From Marinicella sp. (GTDB lineage Bacteria > Pseudomonadota > Gammaproteobacteria > Xanthomonadales > Marinicellaceae): a stretch of 64,000 bases of DNA. Positions 55,998 through 64,000 of the stretch are shown here, in pieces; the stretch's first letter is position 1; each line of letters begins with the position of its first letter. Location: NCBI GenBank assembly GCA_965230295.1, contig OZ246001.1, positions 1,056,001-1,120,000 of the forward strand. Reading direction: 5' to 3'. The position numbers were made by a program, and so were the translations under genes. The notes under the pieces are model-generated. The model searched no databases, was not told the DNA's origin, and saw only the letters and a list, made by a program, of their open reading frames with translations.

Positions 55998-57887
55998 TCA
56001 GCCCGCTTTCTTCAAATACACCAACAGCAGTGAAACTGCAGCTGGGGTCATGCCCTGGATGCGAGCGGCTTGGCCGATGGTTTCGGGTTTGATTTGGTTG
56101 AGTTTTTCGGTCAACTCACCACTGAGGCCTTTGATCACACTGTAATCCAAGTCTAATGGCAAAGGCTTGTTTTCATGGGCTTTGGCTTTGTCAATTTCTT
56201 GCTGTTGGCGATCCAGGTATCCGGCGTACATGGTTTGAATCTCAACCTGTTCCAACACCTTTTCAGCCTGTGAAGGCAGTGTGATCTCATCCAATTCATT
56301 GAGCATGCTGATGTTGACTTCAGGTCGGCGTAACAAATCATAAGCACTGGTTTCTTTGCTCAACACGATGCCCGTTTGGGTCATGAACTTTTTACCCAAG
56401 GCGTTGTTGGGACTTAGAAACATGGTTTTGAGGTGTTCTAATGACCCTTCAACATGGGTTCTTTTTTCACTGAATGCAGTCCAGCGATCGGCGCCAACCA
56501 AACCCAATTCACGGCCTTTTTCGGTCAGGCGAAAATCGGCGTTGTCTTCGCGCAGCATCAAGCGGTACTCGGCCCGCGAAGTGAACATGCGGTAAGGTTC
56601 ATTGGTGCCTTGGGTGATCAAATCATCGATCAGAACACCCATATAGGCTTCATTCCTCGCCGGCGTCCAGGCAGGTTTTCCTGCCACGCTCAGGGCGGCA
56701 TTCATGCCCGCAATCAACCCTTGAGCACCAGCTTCTTCATAGCCTGTGGTGCCATTGATTTGACCCGCGAAATACAGGTTCTCGACATATTTGGTTTCCA
56801 GTGAGGCTTTCAATCCGCGCGGGTCGAAGAAATCGTATTCGATGGCATAACCCGGGCGGGTGATGTGGGCATTTTCAAAGCCTTTGATCGATCGCACCAA
56901 CTTGATCTGTACATCAAACGGCAATGAAGTTGAGATACCATTGGGATACAGCTCATGCGTTCCCAAGCCTTCTGGTTCAACAAATATCTGGTGTGAGTCT
57001 TTATCCGCAAAGCGCATGATCTTGTCTTCGATCGATGGACAATACCGCGGTCCTTTGCCTTCAATAACACCCGAATACATGGGCGAACGGTCCAAACCTG
57101 AGCGGATGTGCTCATGGGTTTGTAAATTGGTGTGGGTGATGTAACAACTGACCTGATCGGGGTGGTCGTCCAAGGAACCCATGTATGAGAAAACCGGGCG
57201 CGGCGTATCACCTGGCTGTTCTTCCATCACGGAAAAATCCACCGTTTTACCATCGATGCGGGGCGGTGTGCCTGTTTTCAATCTGTCCACTTCGAAAGGC
57301 AAGGCCCGTAATTTTTGCGCCAGTACCGTGGCGGGTGGATCACCTGCCCGACCGCCAGAATAATTGGACATACCGATGTGTATTTTACCGGCCAAAAAAG
57401 TACCCACTGTCAGCACCACTGTTTTGGCCATATAGATCAAACCCATTTGGGTCACACAGCCTTTGACCTGATCATTCTCAATGATCAAATCTTCAACACC
57501 CTGTTGGAACATGTACAGGTTTTCCTGGTTTTCCACCACCGACCGAATAAACCCCCGGTATAAAGCACGATCACATTGTGCTCGGGTGGCACGCACTGCA
57601 GCACCCTTCCTTGAGTTCAGCGTACGCCATTGGATGCCGGCATGATCAGTGGCCTCAGCCATCACCCCGCCCAAAGCATCAATTTCTTTGACCAAGTGTC
57701 CTTTTCCAATGCCGCCAATGGCTGGGTTACAGCTCATTTGGCCAATGGTGTCTACATTGTGAGTCAGCAACAGTGTTTTGGCACCGACACGTGCAGCCGC
57801 CAAGGCCGCCTCGGTTCCGGCATGGCCACCGCCAACTACAATCACATCAAATTCTTGGTCGTACTTCATGGGTCTAAATATATTCAA
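55998..57887 (-). CDS. mnmG: tRNA uridine 5-carboxymethylaminomethyl modification enzyme MnmG (GidA)
   Basis: [39 protein letters not shown] and [12 protein letters not shown] motifs. Confidence 0.98.
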   Translation of the reverse strand: MNIFRPMKYDQEFDVIVVGGGHAGTEAALAAARVGAKTLLLTHNVDTIGQMSCNPAIGGIGKGHLVKEIDALGGVMAEATDHAGIQWRTLNSRKGAAVRATRAQCDRALYRGFIRSVVENQENLYMFQQGVEDLIIENDQVKGCVTQMGLIYMAKTVVLTVGTFLAGKIHIGMSNYSGGRAGDPPATVLAQKLRALPFEVDRLKTGTPPRIDGKTVDFSVMEEQPGDTPRPVFSYMGSLDDHPDQVSCYITHTNLQTHEHIRSGLDRSPMYSGVIEGKGPRYCPSIEDKIMRFADKDSHQIFVEPEGLGTHELYPNGISTSLPFDVQIKLVRSIKGFENAHITRPGYAIEYDFFDPRGLKASLETKYVENLYFAGQINGTTGYEEAGAQGLIAGMNAALSVAGKPAWTPARNEAYMGVLIDDLITQGTNEPYRMFTSRAEYRLMLREDNADFRLTEKGRELGLVGADRWTAFSEKRTHVEGSLEHLKTMFLSPNNALGKKFMTQTGIVLSKETSAYDLLRRPEVNISMLNELDEITLPSQAEKVLEQVEIQTMYAGYLDRQQQEIDKAKAHENKPLPLDLDYSVIKGLSGELTEKLNQIKPETIGQAARIQGMTPAAVSLLLVYLKKAG

Positions 57888-58033
57888 AGCAACCTGCTAT
57901 TTTACCTTGAGATTGCACATACTCAAGGAAAACCAAGCAATATCAACCTTAATTGAGCTGATAAGCGGAAATTACTGGCAGAATCTAGACATTCTTTAGT
58001 AGGATGGTCAAAGAATGACTTGAGGTTCGAACC

Positions 58034-60253
58034 ATGAAAAATTTATTGTTGCTACTGATTGGTGTCATGCTAAGTTATCAGATTAATGCAAGGGTGCCTG
58101 CAACAGGCCAATGGTTTTCGCCCAACCACAATGGCCATGGCATTGACTTACAAAAAGCAGGACAAGTTTATACAGTCATTTTTTATACCTATGATGAGGA
58201 CAACAACCCAACCTGGTTCCTTGGTGTCGCAAACTGGCAATCAGATGATGAAGTCGCCACCTTAACGGGCGATTTCAATTCATTTAATCACGACCCCGCA
58301 GCAATAAACCCAATCCAATTGGTCGGCAAAGCCGGTGAATTCGAATTGACTTTCGATCAACCACATGCAGCCTGTGAAAGCCTTGAAGCAGCACATCATG
58401 CCCTCTTCACCTGGCGCATCAATGGACAGGAAGGTGCGTGGTGTATGGTCAACGTCCTGGCACAAATCAATGTCAGACAAATGGACTTTACCGGTCATTA
58501 TTACAGCGGAGAAGCAGATACTGGCTGGGGTTTTTCATTGGATTACCAAGGCTATGAAGGCGCCCAAACTGCAGCTGCTTTGGTTTATTATTATGACCAA
58601 TCCGGCTATCCCAGGTGGTCCATCGGCTCGGGGTTGAGTACTTCTGGTGACAGCACTTTAATCATGAATAATGTGATTGGGTATTGTCGCACTTGTACAC
58701 CCACAGACTTACAAGTCAGTCCAATTGGTCATCTGGATGTCAATTTAGATTTCATAGATCACCAAAGAACAGGATCCGCCAGTTTACAACTGACTTATCC
58801 GAACGACACAGACACTTCATGGCAAAGAAGTGATGCGCCTTTGTTCCCGTTAAGCGAACTCGAACCAGGCATCCTGCCACTACCAGAAACCATTGATCAA
58901 AGTACGCTTACAGCTGTTATCGATGTGTCTGTGGTTCCCATGACACCTGGATTCCCAATATGGGAACACCGCAATGTGGTCTTTGAAAATGGTCTTATTA
59001 CAGACATCAATCAAGACCCGCAATTTGCTTCTGAATTCATTGGCACAACAATTGATGGCCGAGGTTTGCACCTGGCTCCGGGTATGTCCGAGATGCACCT
59101 ACACATCACCACTGGAGGCAGGGAGGCGGCTGAACAAGCTGGTTTATTAATGATTGCCAACGGCATCACTACTGCACTCAATGCGGGCAGCACTTTTTCA
59201 ATCAGCGTGCCAGAATTGGCCGATAAATTCGAGCAAGGTGAATTGATTGGCCCCACTTTTTATACCGGACAAGTGGCTTATGGTACCAGAGATGGAGCCG
59301 GGCCGGATCACACGGTTGCATCGGCAGAAGAAGCCACACTGTATGCCGAGTTATTGCATGCTGGTTCGTATGATTTCATTAAAGTATATTGGCAACTCAC
59401 GGTACAAACCATCAACCAGTTTTTTGTTGAAAGTGAACGGTTGAATTTACCCATCATCGGCCATTTACCACGAACACAACTCATGTTTCGGTCCCTGTCT
59501 CAGGGACAAAAACTGGCTGTCCATATTCAAGAGCCCTATGTGACTCACCTGAATGGAGTCAGGGATGAAAGTAAATTCCCCGAAATTTCAGAAATTTTCC
59601 TCGAACATGGTGCTTATTTATCACCGACCCTCGCGGTGTTTGAATCTTATGTGATGATTTCAAATAACCACGTCGCAACATACAATGAATACATCAACCG
59701 CGAGGGTAACCAATACACGCCCCAATCGGTTAAGCAAATTTGGCAAAACTACTTCAATCAACCCTACATACAAGTGGCCGATCGTGAAAATTTACTGGAT
59801 TTGTTTGATTTCTTCATGAAGATGACCAAAGCACTGTATGATTCGGGTGTGCCTTTACTCAGTGGCACCGATGCCACAGGATTTCCGGGGGTGATGGCTG
59901 GCTATGGTGTACATGAGGAACTGCGATTATTGAACGAAGCGGGCATTCCAGTGGATGAAGTTTTCGCCATCACCACCCGCAATGCCGGTCAATTCATTGC
60001 CGACACATTGGATGAACCGGTTAAATTTGGCACCATAGAAATTGGCAACAGAGCTGACATGATCCTGACTACAGAAAATCCCTTAAGCTCATTGGAGACA
60101 ATCAAAAAACCCATGGGGGTGATGGCCAGAGGGCGGTTTTGGTCTCAAGAACACTTACAAGATCTGCTGGACAGTTTACCCCTCAATCAGCAAAAAACCA
60201 TGCCAGCAGAGAACCAGGCGCTGCCCTACTGTAACCACCACAATGTCTTGTGA
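58034..60253 (+). CDS. Secreted amidohydrolase with two N-terminal copies of the GxW…GxG accessory domain
   Basis: Signal peptide; tandem TGQWF…GHG and TGHYY…GWG domains; amidohydrolase motifs EMHLH, IKVY, GHL, GTDA and GNRADM. Confidence 0.85.
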   Translation: MKNLLLLLIGVMLSYQINARVPATGQWFSPNHNGHGIDLQKAGQVYTVIFYTYDEDNNPTWFLGVANWQSDDEVATLTGDFNSFNHDPAAINPIQLVGKAGEFELTFDQPHAACESLEAAHHALFTWRINGQEGAWCMVNVLAQINVRQMDFTGHYYSGEADTGWGFSLDYQGYEGAQTAAALVYYYDQSGYPRWSIGSGLSTSGDSTLIMNNVIGYCRTCTPTDLQVSPIGHLDVNLDFIDHQRTGSASLQLTYPNDTDTSWQRSDAPLFPLSELEPGILPLPETIDQSTLTAVIDVSVVPMTPGFPIWEHRNVVFENGLITDINQDPQFASEFIGTTIDGRGLHLAPGMSEMHLHITTGGREAAEQAGLLMIANGITTALNAGSTFSISVPELADKFEQGELIGPTFYTGQVAYGTRDGAGPDHTVASAEEATLYAELLHAGSYDFIKVYWQLTVQTINQFFVESERLNLPIIGHLPRTQLMFRSLSQGQKLAVHIQEPYVTHLNGVRDESKFPEISEIFLEHGAYLSPTLAVFESYVMISNNHVATYNEYINREGNQYTPQSVKQIWQNYFNQPYIQVADRENLLDLFDFFMKMTKALYDSGVPLLSGTDATGFPGVMAGYGVHEELRLLNEAGIPVDEVFAITTRNAGQFIADTLDEPVKFGTIEIGNRADMILTTENPLSSLETIKKPMGVMARGRFWSQEHLQDLLDSLPLNQQKTMPAENQALPYCNHHNVL

Positions 60254-60367
60254 CGTATTTAACCACCTTTGGGCTTAATAGGCGCAACAAATAAATGACC
60301 TGCCTCAGGGAGCTCTGATGGGTCTAGGGTGAAATTTTGTCTGTTACCGAATAAGAATTTTCTTGTT

Positions 60368-60760
60368 TTAGCTTCTTATGCGATAGCAGACATAAGGTGC
60401 AACCAATATCCAGACCAACACCAGTATCCATACCCGTCCTCTGAATAAGTTATAGTCCATAAATAGCCGCGACCAAGAATGTCCTGCCACAAAATGGCCA
60501 AAAACAAATTCAAAAATGACCGTCATGGTTAACCAAATTCCACCGATCAATAAGGCTTGTTTAACAGATTGAATATTGAAAATACCCGTTAAGAAATATA
60601 TATAGATACCAAACAGGATAATGGCTATCAATGTAGATAATTGGTGAGCAGCCAATTCTGACATGTACTGGGCATATATTTTTTCCCGAATGATGCCATT
60701 GATAATCGCCAGTATGACCATACCAACCCAGGCGAACATGTAAATCAATATTGTTTTCAT
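60368..60760 (-). CDS. Hypothetical 4-TM membrane protein
   Basis: Hydrophobic ORF with NGIIRE, HQLS, FEFVFGH and YNL..GR motifs that look conserved. Confidence 0.7.
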   Translation of the reverse strand: MKTILIYMFAWVGMVILAIINGIIREKIYAQYMSELAAHQLSTLIAIILFGIYIYFLTGIFNIQSVKQALLIGGIWLTMTVIFEFVFGHFVAGHSWSRLFMDYNLFRGRVWILVLVWILVAPYVCYRIRS

Positions 60761-60806
60761 TTTTTCCGATACTTCAGTTCATTTGGTTTAACCGGATTAC
60801 ATCAGC

Positions 60807-61250
60807 TTAATATGAACTGAAATACCAAACGGCCAAACCCAAGTTCAGCACCATCATCACAAAATCAGTGACAAAGATAAACAACAGGGTGCCTTTCAAC
60901 ACCTGCCAAACGCCACCACCTTTTCTGTTTTCTAAGGCAACCGGCAAGTTATAAAAGAACTGGGTGCCATGGGCCACAGCAAATACCAACAACAAAATCG
61001 CCCTTTGTTGATTGGTTGGAAAGGTGTCCAGATTCAACAACAACAGCAAATTACAGATTGCAAAAGCCAGATTAAAACCACCAAGAAATTTACCGGATTC
61101 TGCCAGTACAAAAAACACCGGTGAGTCTCGGTGTTCTTTGGGCACCAGGATTTTGGCAAAGATGTGATTGCGCAAAGAAAACACATTGAATGCCATCGAA
61201 AACCAAATGGTGTTTAAAATCAGCACTGTTTCAATCATCGAACTCACCAA
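60807..61250 (-). CDS. Hypothetical 4-TM membrane protein
   Basis: Hydrophobic ORF co-oriented with its neighbours; start uncertain. Confidence 0.65.
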   Translation of the reverse strand: MVSSMIETVLILNTIWFSMAFNVFSLRNHIFAKILVPKEHRDSPVFFVLAESGKFLGGFNLAFAICNLLLLLNLDTFPTNQQRAILLLVFAVAHGTQFFYNLPVALENRKGGGVWQVLKGTLLFIFVTDFVMMVLNLGLAVWYFSSY

Positions 61251-61296
61251 CTATAATCAGTTTGAATGAGGAGCCAATTTGATACACACATGCCAT

Positions 61297-61665
61297 TCAA
61301 TCAGAATGTCCAACCAAAGGCTTAAACCCGCCATAGGCCATCCGTTCAGGGTCAAAACCCACGTCAACAGATGCCATCAATGTTTCCATCCTTGGGTCAG
61401 CAGCGACTTTTTCATTGGCCTGGTCTCGGGCTTCACGCGATGCAAAGGTCACGTATCCAAACACCACCACTTCATCGGCTGATGCCCCTGTGGCATCAAC
61501 AAAAGATCTTGTGCCAACCAAGGTCATGTCATCACCGACGAATTCCCGATAATCCAATGCCCCATGTTCAACCCATATGGCAGCAATGTCACTGGCGATC
61601 CTTTGGTAATTGCTCAAGTGCTGTTTTGGTATGGGCAAAACGAACCCATCAATGTATTCGGCCAT
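61297..61665 (-). CDS. DUF1428 (YbaA-like) protein
   Basis: YIDGFVLPIP…EHGALDYRE.VGDD…DPRM…FD..RM.YGGF pattern. Confidence 0.9.
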   Translation of the reverse strand: MAEYIDGFVLPIPKQHLSNYQRIASDIAAIWVEHGALDYREFVGDDMTLVGTRSFVDATGASADEVVVFGYVTFASREARDQANEKVAADPRMETLMASVDVGFDPERMAYGGFKPLVGHSD

Positions 61666-61852
61666 GTTGAAACCTCTGTTGTTCCCAATGCCTTGATGTT
61701 AAGGCAAGCAGTCAATCTGTTGCAAGTGGAAACAATGGAATCGGTGCTCCACAGATGTTACATTTCATGGCTTCAAATTATGTTGTTCATCAAGTCAATG
61801 TTCTATTGAGATGAGGCTTTTGAATCCATGACTTTAATTCATCTGACTCATG

Positions 61853-61913
61853 GGTCGACTGAAGTCGACCACCCAATAAAACTGAGAAATTGGGTCGTTG
61901 ACTTCAGTCAACG
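61853..61913. repeat. Inverted pair of REP-like palindromes (REPIN-like)
   Basis: GGTCGACTGAAGTCGACCACCCA (61853) and TGGGTCGTTGACTTCAGTCAACG (61891) are near reverse complements. Confidence 0.75.
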
Positions 61914-61936
61914 CATCAAGTTACTCCAAATGATAT

Positions 61937-63319
61937 TCATGGGTGTTTCACCCACTTCCCTGCTTGCATAATGACTTTTATGTCTGTCAGTAAATTGATG
62001 TTTTTGATCGGGTCGCCTTTAACAGCAATCAAATCCGCTTTCATCCCAGCTTGTAATTGTCCCACTTGTTTTTCTATGCCGATCAATTCAGCGGCCCAAA
62101 TGGTGGCTGAACGTATCGCATCTATGGGTTCCATACCTGCATCAACCATTAACTTAAATTGTTCGGCGTTGCGCCCATGGGGATATATACCGGCATCAGA
62201 TCCAAAAGCCATGCGAATGCCCGCTTGATAAGCCCGATTGAATCGATCGGCATAATCTTCATACATCCCTTGGTTGCCTTGCTCCATATCCTTGTCTGTG
62301 AAATCCTTATTGGTTTCAACCAAATCAAAATGGGCCGCAAGCAGGTCCATCACCACAAACACACCCTGTTTTTTCAATTGTTTGAGGGCGGCATCCCCCA
62401 TCAAAGTATTGTGCTCAATGGACTTCACTCCGGCTGCCACTGCATTCAGGATGCCGGCTTCACCATGGGCATGGGCTGCTACTGCCATGCCACGCTTGGC
62501 GGCTTCATCAACAGCCGCTTGTATTTCTGCTTGAGAATACGTGGCGGCTCCAGGCATGGATCCACTGGTATAGAAGCCTCCAGTGGCTGATAGTTTGATC
62601 AAATCAACCCCATGCAAAATGTGTTTACGAACCGCTTTGCGTACTTCATCAACGCCATCTGCCACCACTTCAGCACTCGTCTCAACCTGATGTTCTGCAA
62701 CCATCCAGTTGCCCCAATCACCATGTCCTCCTGTCATGGTTATCATTTGCCCACTGACATACATCGTGGGCCCTGGGATCCACCCTGCGTTGATGGCATC
62801 ACGCAATGCCACATCTGCATAATAGGGACCAGAAACATCTCTTACTGTGGTGAAGCCAGCCTCCAGCGTCTTTTTCGCATTTTCAACACCAACAATGCCA
62901 AAGCTGGCGGCTGGTAGTGCCCAATGATCAAACTCAGACCCCATATAGGTGTTGTCTGTGAGGTGGGTGTGTACATCCATTAATCCAGGTAACAGGGTGT
63001 ATGCTGTCAAATCGACCCATTCATGTTGCTTGCTTTTTCCTGCAGCTTGATCGATGCTTTTGATCAAGCCATTTTCAATCGAAATCAGTACATCTGACTG
63101 GTAGTTTCCGGTTTTAACATCGAGAACCTGTCCAGCATGTAAATAAATAACAGCATTGCTACGTTCCTCTGCAAGCAAAACAGCGGAACTGAACAATAAT
63201 GAGCAAGCGATCATAGAAATGAACCGGTAAGATGACTTCCTGCTCAATAAAAACCCAAGCTTTTCCCTTAACTTCCCATCATGTTTGAATAATTTTTGCT
63301 TCGGCATAACCAACTCCAC
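61937..63319 (-). CDS. Secreted metal-dependent amidohydrolase (Xaa-Pro dipeptidase-like)
   Basis: LPGLMDVHTH, GFTTVRD, IKL, AHAHG, IEH and GSDAG motifs. Start is probably downstream of 63319. Confidence 0.9.
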   Translation of the reverse strand: MELVMPKQKLFKHDGKLREKLGFLLSRKSSYRFISMIACSLLFSSAVLLAEERSNAVIYLHAGQVLDVKTGNYQSDVLISIENGLIKSIDQAAGKSKQHEWVDLTAYTLLPGLMDVHTHLTDNTYMGSEFDHWALPAASFGIVGVENAKKTLEAGFTTVRDVSGPYYADVALRDAINAGWIPGPTMYVSGQMITMTGGHGDWGNWMVAEHQVETSAEVVADGVDEVRKAVRKHILHGVDLIKLSATGGFYTSGSMPGAATYSQAEIQAAVDEAAKRGMAVAAHAHGEAGILNAVAAGVKSIEHNTLMGDAALKQLKKQGVFVVMDLLAAHFDLVETNKDFTDKDMEQGNQGMYEDYADRFNRAYQAGIRMAFGSDAGIYPHGRNAEQFKLMVDAGMEPIDAIRSATIWAAELIGIEKQVGQLQAGMKADLIAVKGDPIKNINLLTDIKVIMQAGKWVKHP

Positions 63320-63417
63320 TCCAGTCTAACTGTCATTGATTATATCGTATGATCAATGCACTGCGATTCCCGTCATAAGCATGGAAGTCAATTTTGATAA
63401 GATTTGCCGGATCATTC

Positions 63418-63441
63418 GGAGCGTTGACTTCAGTCAACGTT
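63418..63441. repeat. REP-like palindrome, same family as 55749/55887/61853/61891
   Basis: GGAGCGTTGACTTCAGTCAACGTT. Confidence 0.75.
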
Positions 63442-63518
63442 ATGCAGCTGCTTGATCAATGATGCACCAGCAACTCGGAATATCATCGTAAATATAAAAC
63501 TCACCACATGAAACGCAC

Positions 63519-63546
63519 GAGATCCTTCGGCTAAGCTCAGGATGAC
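63519..63546. repeat. REP-like half element, same family as 55654
   Basis: GAGATCCTTCGGCTAAGCTCAGGATGAC versus GAGATCCCTCGGCTGCGCTCGGGATGAC. Confidence 0.7.
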
Positions 63547-63619
63547 AGTTACTTGTCAATCAAACTTTACAAGGCGAAGAACTACAGCACAAACTGTTTA
63601 GAATACCTTGATCGTTTCT

Positions 63620-64000
63620 TTAACCATCATTTTCTAACTGAATTAAACGCCCGTTGTGCCAATAATACCTACAGCATGGCTTCTCAAACAGCTGAAAACC
63701 AATTCCCGGATGAGACAGGGTAATCTGTTCATTCCAATGCCAGTGTTTACCTGCCTCAAGGAGGTATAACCTTCCCCATATTTGTTTTGGACCAAAAAAT
63801 GTTTGTCTGATCAGGTGATGTTGATAACCACTGTTTGCTGAAATAAAAAGAATCGGTGATATTTTTCCTTTTCGAGTATCGAACAGAAAAGCCATGTAGT
63901 CAATGACCCCATCGCCATTGAAATCTGCCTGTAATTGACATTTGGATGACTCATGCCCATAACCTTCAGGGAAATCTAGTTCAGTGGCGACAAAAGGCAA
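63620..64000 (-). CDS. Hypothetical protein (5' end outside the window) with a DFNGDG Ca-binding-like motif
   Basis: The frame is open to the window edge; contains ADFNGDGVIDY. Confidence 0.55.
   Translation of the reverse strand: MPFVATELDFPEGYGHESSKCQLQADFNGDGVIDYMAFLFDTRKGKISPILFISANSGYQHHLIRQTFFGPKQIWGRLYLLEAGKHWHWNEQITLSHPGIGFQLFEKPCCRYYWHNGRLIQLENDG

Overview
A 64 kb, gene-dense chromosomal window of moderate GC. It is probably from a marine Gammaproteobacterium (Marinicella/Xanthomonadales-like; this is inferred from gene content). Housekeeping genes include mtgA, tsaB, mgtE, rimI, GTP-type PEPCK, rsmG-parA-parB, pcm-like/tolC, a long-form GAPDH, tRNA-Asp and mnmG. There is a complete cyanophycin cluster (iadA-cphB-cphA) followed by a translationally coupled CphA paralog that lacks the ATP-grasp domain. 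The window also has an iorAB/xdhC/mocA molybdoenzyme module, c-di-GMP proteins, an orphan Pycsar-effector-like (DUF5706) membrane protein and many secreted hydrolases. Three unrelated Sec-exported proteins end in the same D-L-I-F-x-D-G-F-(D/E) tail. Three other secreted proteins share a ~140-aa mobile domain (GxW...GxG...W/Y-x-T/Y-Y...W). Both look like uncharacterised sorting or surface-display modules. Non-coding features include a 267-bp MITE, several REP-like palindrome families, a nested-hairpin element between parB and pckG, and phased repeats that may be a LytTR operator. I saw no CRISPR array, rRNA, integrase or transposase. All calls come from reading motifs by eye; no searches were run.
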